Source: the human T2T-CHM13v2.0 reference genome, Homo sapiens
Assembly (NCBI RefSeq): GCF_009914755.1
Contig: NC_060930.1
DNA: 64,000 nucleotides
Reading direction: 5' to 3' (one strand)
Below, piece after piece: positions 11,072 through 23,678 of this stretch; the stretch's first letter is position 1, and the number at the start of each line of letters is the position of its first letter. The translations under genes and the position numbers were made by a program. The notes under the pieces are model-generated. The model was given only the letters and a program-made list of their open reading frames with translations, searched no databases and had not been told where the DNA came from.

Positions 11072-11820
11072 GAATTCAAGAACGGTCTTAACTGAACCCT
11101 CATCAGATCTGAATTTAACAAATGCTTAGTCTCAGCAGCCTCCGGGGGAAAAAAGCTTAGCCTAGCAGTCAGTGACTTACTTGCACTTTTTGCACATAGA
11201 TATAAAGTAAAATTATGTTATTAATTTGGTTTAGTCTGTAATATTACACAGTAATGGTAATTTATAAAGGAGTGTATAGTAGTATACTGACTGCTAAGTG
11301 TACTATACTGTTTGCTTTACTAATCACCTAATTCATTGCAGTTCATACTTATTGACTCAGAGTTTAAAACCACAATCTGTAGGCTTTAAGAATTGCTTTT
11401 AAACCTTTTTAAGTGATAAACTCTTGAAGTGGTCTTAAGGTTAGCAAATAATTGTCAGTATTAAACATGGCGTTATTTAAGTAGTCCTGCTGCAAGAAAG
11501 GCACTTCAGTGAATATGTGACTAGTAAAGCTTAAATATGTTTGGATCTAATAGAGCTCATGAAATACTGTAACTTGGGGATTGTAAATGAATGGATACAA
11601 TAGGTTAAGGCCCAAGATGTTTGAAATGAATGCAATATTAATAGATGCATATATACATGACATATTGTGGTTAATTTTAAAACTACTGTGCCTTAACGTG
11701 TTTCTTAAACTTTTGTAGTAAATGAACATTTGAAATCCATTTTGATAAACCTGCTGTTAATGTTTTTTCCCCCCTTGTGAATGTTTTCTAACTTTGTCTT
11801 GGTAATTGCAATTTAACTAG

Positions 11821-11895
11821 GTGCGGTGGCTACTAAAGTTCGAAGGCACGATATGCGTGTCCATCCTTACCAAAGGATTGTGACCGCAGACCGAG
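11821..11895 (+). CDS. QKI: QKI-5 exon 7 (75 nt), GAVATKVRRHDMRVHPYQRIVTADR, containing the RVHPYQR nuclear localisation signal
   Basis: Boundaries aactag|GTGCGG and CCGAG|gttagt; known QKI-5 sequence. Confidence 0.97.
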
Positions 11896-14800
11896 GTTAG
11901 TTTAGTTCTGCAGTTCTTGTCTATAAGAAATGCGTTGGGTGTCCATAAAATTTGCAACACCACACCTGATGGAAAAATGTAATTGCTTACCTGCACACAG
12001 TTTTTTTTCCTTTTCTAAATTTGTTTGTGATCATTGACAGATTTAAGGGTTGGGTTTTTTGTTTTGGTTTGGTTTTTTCTCCCTTCATATTTTAACTTAT
12101 TAAATCTTCTATTATTATGTACTATGATTTATTCCTACTAAAACATAAATTAGTCAATTTGGGGAGCTATTAAATTTTGATGTTGCCTCAGTTATTTTCA
12201 TTAATAACTTTTGCTAAAATTTACCTTTTAAAAGTTCTGAAATTTGGGGTTGGTATTGCAAAATGAATTGAACGGATGGTGCTTTAATGAGAGAAGTAAA
12301 GGAATATATGCCTCCTGTGTACTTTTGGAGAAAACTGAAGATTTAGTTTCCATTTTTCTTTATAATAAAATATTTGAGCCACTGTATAAACATGAGGGTG
12401 CACATGTCAAGTACTTAGCTAAAATCAACAAAGTGAGGACTGTGAAGATAACTTTCATGTAGTTGGATTTTTTTATATAAATTAGAGCGTCAATTCCCTT
12501 TTATTCTTACATTCTCTTGCCAAAATGGATCCTTTGATTTTTGTCATTTGCTGCTAAAATATATTATCTGAAGGTAAACTGTCTCTTGAAGTTCTGTGGT
12601 GGTATGAGATCCAGCTGTGTGAATATAATTTTTGACTAACCTGTGACTGGAAAATAAGTCTTCATTTTTCTCCTTTACAACTTTTATAATTTGTGTCCTG
12701 TATATGCCCTTGGACCCTTTTATAAATTATTTTTGCTTATTGAGGAATGGTATTTTCGGTTTATTGACATTGAATTGTTTTCTAAGTTTTTCCATCACAA
12801 GATAGGAATATCAAGCATGGTAGTAAAAAAGGATTTTTTACAAGTTTCTATTATGGCACATTTGTTTCCTACAAATTAAATTGATCAAAGTCTCAAATAT
12901 TAGTGGAGGAAAAAGTGCTGGATTTGTACTTCAATTGTACATCTTCTATGAATTTATGAAGGACCTACCTGCTTTATGTGATTACCTTGAGTACTGATGA
13001 TAAATACTAGACACAGCTGTTGTCCACATCAGAAATAACATGCCTTTCCCAAAGACATTGTTAATATTTGTTTAGCATAATCCATAAAGAACGTTGAAGA
13101 CTTTTAAACTAATGTATTCATCACTAACAGTGATTGTTCAGTGAACAAAATAGACCCCAGCTCCGTGGTCGTCTATGAGGATGGTATTCCTTGTAAGTGT
13201 TCTGTATGAGCACGTCTCATAGGGATGGGGAAGTTTTTTGGAAAGTCACTTGAGTTTTAAAGAAACTGGACAATTCCATGAATAATTTGAGGTTTTATTC
13301 ATATTGCTAATGTCTACAATTGTTCTAAAGAGTATTTTAAAGTAGTTTTTTTCCCCCAGCTAATCTTTCCCTATGTATGCCCCCTTTTAGGAGATTTCTC
13401 ACCATTTTGCTTTAACACAATAATTATTGGCCTACTTAATACTCCAGTGCCTTGAGATAGTTGGACATATTTTAGGAAGATTTTATTGTATTTGGAAAAT
13501 TACGACACATTCCATGCATGGATCTTTTGTAGTTACGTGTTTTGATTAGTCCTGTCACTGTTTTTATTTAAAATGCAGTGTCAGCAAACCGAAATGCTCA
13601 TTTCTTTTTTAGTAACAGAGTACTCGTATACTTATCACTGTATGCACTCATTGGGTCTAAGGGAGATGTCTGAAGTCCTTCACTTAAATTATTTTATGAT
13701 ACTACTGTTTTCTCTATTTTTGAGGTTAAAATTATTTTAAAAAAATATTTTGAAGAGAAGTTTATTAGTATAAGCATTCATTTAATGCAAAAAAACTCAG
13801 CCCTTGGACATATAACCATGTAATTCTATATGAACGTTTAGAGTACTACATGGTTGACCAATATCTAGTTCTTTACTAAAAGTAAACTCACCTCTTTATA
13901 TATATTTCAAAACTGAATTTGAAGCCTATTAGAGACCAACTGACCTTTTAGTTGTAATGAACTGTATGGTCTTGCATGGTGACACACCTGTGTAGGAGGC
14001 CAAGACTTGGCAGAGGATGTAGTCTAGGTGTCCTGGTATATATAAATGGTCACTCACTTCGTTTATATATTCCACACTCAGAAAAGAAGTCAGAGTTTTT
14101 TCTGAGTAATACAAAAACCATCACTTACATAATTTGTATAAGAAACTTTAAACAGTTTTAATCAAAACTATGAGTAACATCAAAAATGCTTTAAGATTCT
14201 ATATTTTGGAATACCTGTGAAGTAGTATGACTACATCATGTTAAATATTTATTTTCTTCTATGATTTTGGAGCAGCAATTTTTATTTTAAATAAAATTCC
14301 ACTTTTAAGAAATTCAGGGAAGATTTGGTCACATTGAAGATACAGTATTTTTGTAGTATTTATAAACTGTTCTAAATGATAGACTATAGAAAACATTTTT
14401 GTCATATGAAGGTAAATCAGTCCATTATTTTGGATCATTTAAACTGAACATTACACCTTCTGGGCTTTGATTTATGAAGTGGCACAGAATCTAACTTTGC
14501 ACTGAATATCTTTTCATTCACATCTCCTCTGCCTTAGTCACAATGGCAACAGTACAGAAAATTCTATCAAACCTCAGAATATAGTAGAAATAATTAAGCT
14601 GTTGAATGAGTCTTAAAAATTATACTACTGTTAAGTGGACCAAGTTTGGTGAAGCAGAATGTGACAAAGGTTGATTAAGGAAGGAACAACTCAAGGACAT
14701 TGGGAATGATAACTTTTCCACTTGAGAACTACTTTATGTTTTACTGTAATTTTTAAAGTTTTTTTGTCCTTTTTGTTATTTTGCAAAAGAAAATAGTATT

Positions 14801-15219
14801 TACAGGTGGCTTCTTTTAAAATATAAAAATATAAAGCAGGAATGTATATGAAATGTCAGATTTTATTGTATTTGCAGAGTATTAGCTTTGAAATTGAATA
14901 AAGAAAGCTGTTTGTAGTTTTAAAATGCCTTATTGGTATCAATTAGAAATTTCTTCTATTTTTTGATGTACTTAGAGCTTTTTGAGTGTAGAATTTTAAA
15001 TGGCAGGATTTTACAGTGTTTACATGCAAGTGCATTTTATAAGTGTTCTATATGTGTAAAATAGTATTTTCAACTGGAAAGTGTTGGCTAGTGCAAAAGG
15101 CCTGGCCATTTTCTGGTTCCCATGATGTTGCCTACACTGCTAGACTACAGTTTAGTATCGCTTTGTATCATGAGGCCAAGAAATTCCATGTTGTTTGTAA
15201 ATAGAATAATTGAAAAAGC

Positions 15220-15225
15220 AATAAA
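15220..15225 (+). terminator. Poly(A) signal AATAAA, probable QKI-6/QKI-7 3' end
   Basis: AATAAA with upstream TGTA (15196) and downstream U/GU-rich sequence. Predicted mRNA sizes fit the ~6 and ~7 kb isoform names. Confidence 0.7.
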
Positions 15226-15792
15226 CATTTATTGAACAAAAGAAACCTTGTTTGGCCCAGAGTTTATGTTGAACCAAATGGTTCATAGAATTTTGAATTT
15301 CTTTAGATTCATTTCTGTTAATCATCAGTTATTAATAATCACATCCATCATTAATAGTTGCTTTAATGCTTGCATCTTAGAGAATACTAATGCTTAATAG
15401 CAGTCAGATACTGATAACTGCACTGACTGTTTAAAAATTCTGTATACCAAACCTATTCATTGTTGTTTTTCAATTTCCTTCATTGACTGCTACTAACTAT
15501 TAGTTGTTAGTTGTATTTTATTTCTATTTTTTCTTGTTAACCAGTTTTTTTTTTTTTTTGTGGGAGTGGGCTCTTCTTCATTTGTTCAAATCATGATACG
15601 AAATTGTCATGATTTTAATTGTATTCTGTAGATGGTGTCAATCAGTTTGTCAGAATTAAACATGCTTTTTTTTTTATTAGTTGTGATTAGTTTTTCATGT
15701 TGTCATTAAGCCGTCACTAGCTGAAACTAATCTCTTCTCTATCTTTTCTTTTCTTTTTTTTGTTTTGTTTTTTTTTGTTTCTAACCACCCAG

Positions 15793-15809
15793 CCGCCACC
15801 GGCAACTAA
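15793..15809 (+). CDS. QKI: QKI-5 last exon coding part (AATGN*)
   Basis: Long U-rich tract then cccag|CCGCCACCGGCAACTAA; completes a 341-aa protein. Confidence 0.96.
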
Positions 15810-17770
15810 CCTATGACCTTCTGACCTCTGAACTCTTCACCCAATGATGACCTGACCATGCCTGCCTGCTGATCAGTTAACTGGTAATCGCCTTTGCTTG
15901 CCTGTCGTCAGTGCAGCGAGCTGAGGCACTTGTCCGTTCGTCTTACCATCTAACCAAACAAAAGACAAAGAAATTGTTGTCCTCCAACTCAGCTTTTTTT
16001 TTTTTTTTTTCCTGTTTGGGTGAAAGTGGTTCTAGAAACTGCACTGAATAGTAGTAAAGCAATAAGGCCCAATTCATCCCACAGCACTGATCATCTTTTA
16101 ATATCCCACCCTAAGCGAACGGTAAGAAGGCCTCTCTTAAGAAGGGGAGACAGATGGTCCTTAACTACTCAATGACAGAGGCAGTTACTGTGAGAGACTT
16201 CTAGGAATCTTTTTCTTCTCATAGCGAAGTCAAAGCTCTCTCTGAATGTACTGTGTGATGATGCATCATGCATGAACCTTCGGTCAGGGATATCATTGGT
16301 GAAGTGATTTCAAAAAGTATTCAAAATTTGATATGCTGTTTAGTCACTACAGTGCCCTCAAAGGGCAGAAGTTGCAGCCTTTTTTATATTGCCTGCCAAA
16401 ATTTGAAGTATTAGAAGAAAGTGTGCCATGAGAGAAAAACTTAAGGAGTTTTGAAAAGTAATGCAAATAACAAAACTGCAACACTATTTTTAAAAAGATA
16501 AATATCTGAGTTAAAATTACTGAATCTTTATTTTACACCTAAAAAAATATGAGAACAAGGTACATGCATTATGTGTCACATTACTGGGCAAACTGTTCAA
16601 GTATTTTTTTTTAAACCTCCCTGTATAGAAAAAAATCATTAAGGATGTAAAAGCCATGCTTGCCTATTTGCTGTATACATGTAATGAAATTGTAGATAAA
16701 GTGTAGTGCATTGAAACAAATGAACAAAAAGTAGATACTTTTACTATACAAGGGTGCTGGTGCAGAAAAAAATATATATATTTTTGGAAATGTAGCATTT
16801 TATACTTTCAAGTGTTATAAAAAAAAAAGAAAAAGAACAAAGAAACCCTTTATTTCATTAAATGATTTTTTCTGGTGGTTGTCAAGAAACAAAAGACCAA
16901 AAGAGCCTTTTTGTCTTTCTTTTTTATTTTTTAAGTATTGGAATAAGTCTAAAGAAAAGAAAGTGCCTTATTTTCCTTCATGGTCATTCAGTCAAGTGTC
17001 TCATAAAGATCAGCTCCTCCCTCAGAATACAAGTTAATGCATGTTACTCAGTCGCCCAGTATGTGAAAGAAGATATGAGGGAGACAAATGAGTTGATAGT
17101 TTGAATTATAGGATTTTTGCCACGTTACCTTGATGCAAATTTGCCAAATCTGATACTGTGAAAAGATTTGATAACTTTTCTAATGCCTGACTAGTAAGTT
17201 TTAAAACATCATTCTTTAAAAGAATAGTTTAATACTTTTGGTTATTCCAATCTTCAATGTTAACCCAAAGGATTCTGAGATAAAAATTATGTGTCATCTA
17301 AACTTCAGTTTACAGACAAAATTAGAGCTTTGTTTTATTTGGAGAAGGGGGATGCATTCATTTGATTTTGTTTTTTGTTTTTAATTAATTGAATATAATA
17401 GGATACCTAGCAAATGTTTTCACAAAAGTGAATCTTTGTGATTTTCATTCTAGAAAACAATGTTTTAAATCACCCAAATTTAATCACATGTCTTTATATC
17501 ATACCAGATAACTGGTGTAGTGTATCCTTTTACTGTTTCAATAACCTCTGCCTCCCCCACCCCTTAACTTTAAAAGAATGTGAAAAACTAGCATCATAGT
17601 GCATATAAATACTCAACCACATTTCAGCTTAAGCTTCTAATTTCTCAAGAAGTTGAAACAGTTAGTTATGTAGTTGAAGCAATTTGTGTGCAAAGCCTAC
17701 ATCTAAACACTTGAGTGAATAATCATTAACTGCTCAGTACCAGACGTGGCAAATCTCAAGTGACAGTGGA

Positions 17771-17786
17771 CCCCCCCCCCCCCCCC
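17771..17786 (+). repeat. Poly(C)16 tract in the QKI-5 3'UTR
   Basis: Read directly. Confidence 0.95.
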
Positions 17787-18877
17787 GCCCAGCTTATCAA
17801 CTCGTCCCCTCTTCCACACCTTCCCAGCATCACAGTCAGAGGTCAGCAGGAAGCTGAGTCATTACCTTCTTGGTGACCTCCCCCACCATCTTGTCTCACT
17901 TGGAAACCGTTGTCAGTTTATTTACTATGCAATAGACATTCATTGTTTTGTATCCAGCTAGCTTTGGTTTAATATGCCACTGCTTTGTCTTTCTGTTACA
18001 CATACAGTTTTGATTTATTTACAATATATGCTGTGCCATTTTGATTTTTATATTGTTTGGTTGGTTGAATAAATTTGCGACACTCAAACACTTGAGGTGA
18101 TAGTTGTTAAAAACAATACCAGTATTTGATCCAGTTTCATCTCAACTATGTTATACCTGGACATTTTAGATGTTTATCAAAGGTCTTTTATGGGGAAGAA
18201 AGTAAATGTATGAAATAATAAATGTGTGACATTTATAGGGAATGTTGGCTCTGAACAAACTTTTGAAAACTTGGTTGACAAAATTTTGGATCAACTGAAA
18301 AAAGCATGACTTTTGAAATCTCTGAATGCCTTGGTTCTCAGTATTATCATTCTTTATTGAATTTATTTCTTATTAAAATATGTAGTTTTTAAGACTTTTT
18401 TTCTGACAGTATTATGTAATTTTTTAGCGTGGGTAGATGGGAGTGTCGCTTGTATGTTATCGTACAGCTGACATGTATTTTTGTCTATTCTTTATTATCT
18501 TAGTTTCATGCTATGTATGTACCATAACCAACCTATTGCCTATGAGAAACATGTAAGATAATGTATTTACAGCCATTGTTACAAGTTTATAATGTATTTT
18601 TCTATCTTGTTTTATATGTATGTTATATAACATTCAAAAAGAATTTTTTTCTTGATTGAGAAAAGGATACAAAATGCAAAATCCACAATTTTGATAACTG
18701 AAAATTGCCAATTGTTTTGCAGTACTTTATTATATTGGGTGTCTTGTCTTTTTTGGGCTTTTAGTTAGCTAATGAATGAATACATTAGACACTTTTGGGT
18801 TTTAGTTGGGATTTTACATAGCTTGCATTTTAATTCTTTGGTTCTTTGCTGTTTCTATTAACCCACAGCATTATTTT

Positions 18878-18962
18878 AATAAATGTTATAATACCAACCT
18901 ACTAACTCTGGACTTTGTCTGTTTATTAACCTTTATATGTTTAATTAAAATAAACAAATAAA
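18878..18962 (+). terminator. Cluster of three AATAAA (18878, 18949, 18957), probable major QKI-5 (~5 kb) 3' end
   Basis: Hexamers read directly; downstream GU-rich tract near 19035-19052; size fits ~5 kb. Confidence 0.65.
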
Positions 18963-21900
18963 GACAAAAGAATGTAAAGTCTTGAGTTACTGGACTAACC
19001 CTGAAGAACGTGACCACAGATAACATAGCGTGACTTGTTTTTATGTTGTTTGTCAGCTGACAGTTTTGCACACTACTGTTAAAATGGCTTTGGTTATTCT
19101 GGTCTTTTAGCTTGGGGGCCGGGGCGGGTGTGGGTGTAGGTGCAGTAGAGATGGGAACAAAGTAGCCTTTGTTTGAGGCATTCTTCTCTTGCCACTTGCC
19201 TTTCAGCATCTGCATTACTAATTCCACACCTTATTTTTCCTTCTCCAAAATAATCACTGTCTGCTCACAGCATCGAGTAAAAAGATACATTGTCATGGTA
19301 TATACCTGGAGAAACCAGTTTGATTCTTTGTTGAACCATTTCTTTTAATTTCTGTAAATAAGTAATTTTATGGTCACATTGTAAAGCAGAGAAACTGTTG
19401 ATATTTTACCTTTATTTAGATTTTTGTTTTAACTTGACCTTTTTCCTTTGGAAAGCGTTGAACTTGTTTAGCTAACTACTCCTATTAGGGGAGCTTAACT
19501 TGGGTAAAGTCAAAGGCCCACTGGCTGTTTCTCATGGTGGCCTGAAGCCCCGCTGCTTTCCAGTGAGGAAAAGAACCCTCAGCACGTTACTGAGCTTTCC
19601 TCAGGTATTTTTTTCTCTGTCACCTACTTTACAAATACAGTCAGACTAAAACATTAAACAAGAAGTTTAAGGGGGAATAACATTGGGATTTGAAAAGTTG
19701 TATGTGATTAATTTCTTGCATGCAAATCAATTTAAGATTTCTTAAATATCTTCATGCTTTTCTTGGCTGGAACTTGGGTAAATTAACCTGTAATTATGAA
19801 TTATTTAGTCTAACTCAAGGTGCATTTTTATTTCACAGATTGATACTTGCTTTTTTCTGTGAAACAGTTCTCCTAGATACCAAAATCCTCAGGATGAATT
19901 TTTGCATTTGTAAATAACAATTTATCTTTGTAAATTACATTTTATTTATTTAGAGTTCTAAAATTGAGGGCTGAAATGAATGACATGTAATAGAAGACAA
20001 AACTGTACCAATACGCTGTTAACCAATCAGACTGTCCAGGTATTCTCATTTCATAAATATGTATACACACATATAAATACACAGAGTAGTGTTAGCTGAT
20101 GTGAGTGATAACAGCGAATCACCATTGAGATGGTCATTTGGATCATGTAAACAAACCGTGTCATGTCTCTGATGGGAGCGGTGGGTAGTGTACTGTTAGG
20201 TGGACAGGTCTTTTAACATGCTACTATTTGTAAAAGTTTCCGTTGCCATAACAGTTCATGTAGTAGTCTGTGAAAATTCGAAGCTGTCTGTCAAGCTGCT
20301 AATATACAAGTTGTCATGGTACCATGTAACTTAAATTGATGAATTTCTATGCAATTTACTATTCTCTGAAGCCTATGAATGCAGCCTCATCTCATTTTCA
20401 GTTAAGGGTACTTTATGTATAATTATGTCATTGCTGCCTTTTATGTAGGAAATGTAAAAAAGTTTTAAAAGGCGAAAATAACATTACAGATTTCATTTTT
20501 ATACAGGTTACAATATTAAACATGAAACTACCAAATTCCAAGAATAGTAAAATTCTAGAGTCAGTTGATTGATTGAAACTATTTGACAAAACAGTTGAAA
20601 GCTGAGCTTTCAGTCAAGAAGTTGGTGAAATTAATGTCCTTAAACTTTTCCTTTAGGCAAAATGTCAGGGAAAACTTAACATGAAAGTAGTTACTCCCAT
20701 ACGCACCAGTGCAGTAGCTCCAGGTGTAAGAGGTCACGAAGGCACCCTGCCCATAAAACCAGGATGTGCATACGTACACACAATCGGTGTCTGGTTATGG
20801 TTTTCTAAACACTACATAAGGATCTGAATTTTTTAGTGTGCCAAAAGCAAACGATAGGTTTAAATGAAATTGCTCACTACCAAATCAAGACTCTTCATAT
20901 ATATACGTGTGTGTATATATATATGTCATAACACTTTCACGTGTGACAGCCTAAGGTTTCTTTAGTTTTAGGATGGGGTGGGGTGGGAGTGGTTTTGCAT
21001 GTTTGACCAGGATGTGATGCCTGTCTTTATTCCTTGATAAGAAGTAGCTGTTACAGCATTTCAAGCAAATTATTTTAGGTAGAATAGAACTTACTGCCAA
21101 ATGATTATTTATTTAGCAAAAATTATTCTCCAACTTTTCGAATTCACAATTTTTCTAAGTGCATAGAGTAGTTTTTTACATTGTCACGAATTCCTTAATA
21201 CCTTTATTTAAAATGGAAAAAATATGGACAATATTTTAGAAATATGTTCTACACATCTAATTTTATCTGTAGTTTAAGTGATCTAAATTGAGATGCCTTT
21301 GATATGAAGAGATTTACCAACATTATATGCACTCGTGCCTTCAATGTGGAATCAAACTGGTTAACCTCAGCACAGTCCTCTCGTTTCTGTGTTTCTGCTG
21401 CACTAATTGCCAGGGGGTGGGGGAGAAGGCGAATGAATTAATTCATAGTAGGAGGCGGCGATAGGTGCAGCAAAGGGCAGCCACAGTGTTGATTCCACAT
21501 TATAATGTTGTTGCCTCTTCTTGGCAAAAGACACCACATGGTGGGAAGATCTCAGCTTCCAGGGTAAAAGTTAATTTATAACTTAAAAGTGCTATTAAGT
21601 TTTTATTACCAAATATATCTTTTATGGTTTATATTGTAGTGGTATGTATGAAACATTTAAAATTTTACTGTGGAAATTGTGTATATATATATATATAGTC
21701 GAAATAGGTGTTCACAGGTCACATGTGAACGGAGAACTGCATGACTGTACATGAAATGCAATAAACCAACTGGAAAAAGTGCATGTGCTTCATCCTCTCA
21801 AGCCAACTGCAGCTGGAAAGTGCTGCTTATCCTCCACCCCCAGAAAATGCATGTATCAATATGAGAATAAAGAACGCACACTTTCAATTTTATTGAGGCT

Positions 21901-23672
21901 TTCAACACTATTTAAAAGAAAATGTAAGAATTTGACATTCTGGAGTTATTATAACATTAGAAAATGAGCATAACATTCACTCTGATTTTAGCCATTAAGG
22001 GAGATTAGTAAACAGACTGCTACAGTGTTCCATAGTTGGACTGTGCATCCAAAACATTTTTTTATCTTTAATAAATGGTACAGTTTTTATGTAGTTTTCG
22101 AATGTAAGAAGAAAGGAATGCTGACCAAAACTTGATTTCATCAGCTTCATGAAAAGGACTAGTGTCATTAACCTGTTGAACAGAATTGGTTTATTAAAAA
22201 AATCATTTCCAGTAGTGTGAAACCTTTACGAGTCTTTAACATCTAAATGTTATGACTCCTTGTACCTTAAGTTTTCCAGTCTTTCTTATTTATATCATCT
22301 CCAAGTACCTCTGGCTCCTTTCCTCTTGCTCACCGGAACCTTAGTTTTCCTCAACAGAATGCTTTGTTAAAGTAGCCCACAGGTGCAGGATCCATAGCAC
22401 CGTCGTGCAGACTAGCAGCCCAAAGGTGTGTTTGGTTTGGCTTATACGGTGTTTTGCTTTTTAAACTACTTGCCATAATTTAAAAGTGGCAACACTAGAC
22501 TTAAAAAAAAAAAAGTCTGATTGCCCATATTAGATTTTTTTTTTAATTCTTCACAAAATCTGCTCTTCCTGAAAGATCAAAGTGTCTAGAAAGCCCAAAC
22601 ATGTATTCTTAACATAGTAGGCACCAGCTGAAACTGAGTAATTAAACGGTCCCCTGAAGCCAAGTATTCCCTGGTTAGTCGCCACCCCACCACTCCTTCC
22701 TGTCTCTAGTGTCACACTTGGGCTGTTGATTTTCTTACTCTTCTCTTGCTTTAATCCTTCCCCCCGGCTCTCTGGCTCCTGTGGATATCTGTGCTTGTTT
22801 CCTGGTCCAGGATGGTGATCTGACTTTCAAACCAGCTTCTCAAAAGGGGTGACATAAAATCAGTTTTGATGTTTTTCCTCCTGAAAAATCAGATGAATAT
22901 TTTAGTCACTGTTACTCATGCACATTGTGTTCTTATGTTTACAGAAGTGCTTAAGTGAATGGAAGCACTAGACATTTGGATTTCCTTCCTAACGTAATTT
23001 TTAATGATTACCCCTTTTATACAGTAATTTGTGGTCTTTAGAAAGCAGTTAAACTAATTGACCATCTAATAGTTGTACTATACATATGTCTAAAATAATA
23101 GTCATGGTAAGTTTGGCATCATATCTTCCCCAAAAAATGTTTATTAAAATTAGATTATTCCAGTTTAATGCTATTTTGTGAACTGTATACCCTCTGAAAG
23201 CGCTTATTTTTACATGCTACACAACAGTTCCAATTTTAAGGAGTGTCTCCTAAAATTGGGATGAAAATCTACTGTAGTCTGTTTTAAAGTATGCTATACT
23301 ATGTTCATTGGTTACTTAACTGGATATTAATATAAAGGTTATTACAAGAAAAATGATGAAGAGCAAAAGGAGAAGAAAATATTTGCAAGTGAATCCACAA
23401 TTCTTGCAGAACTATTTGAGTTGATACTAAAGATTTTATGTTCACTCCTTTACCTTAGAACTGTCAAGCTTGGGAATGAGGAAAGTGCCTTGGCTGTGCT
23501 TGAAACCTGAATTTTAGTGCTTCCCTTATTACATTCATTGTTTTCAATGATTGATTTATAAAATTAAGACATACTGGTAGTACAAGTTGAAAGTTGGTTT
23601 GAATACATTTTAATTAAATGATAATATGTTAATATGCTTTTGTTCATTGCTTTCTCACTGAGGTAAAACAGC

Positions 23673-23678
23673 ATTAAA
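23673..23678 (+). terminator. Distal poly(A) signal ATTAAA
   Basis: Variant hexamer near the end of the repeat-free UTR-like block. AATAAA at 23910 is an alternative candidate. Confidence 0.5.

Larger units (their letters stand above)
9811..15245 (+). other. QKI: Shared QKI-7/QKI-6 3'UTR (QKI-6 from 11072); contains QKI-5 exon 7 nested within it
   Basis: Repeat-free AU-rich sequence after the stop codons, ending near AATAAA at 15220. The end position is inferred. Confidence 0.75.
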
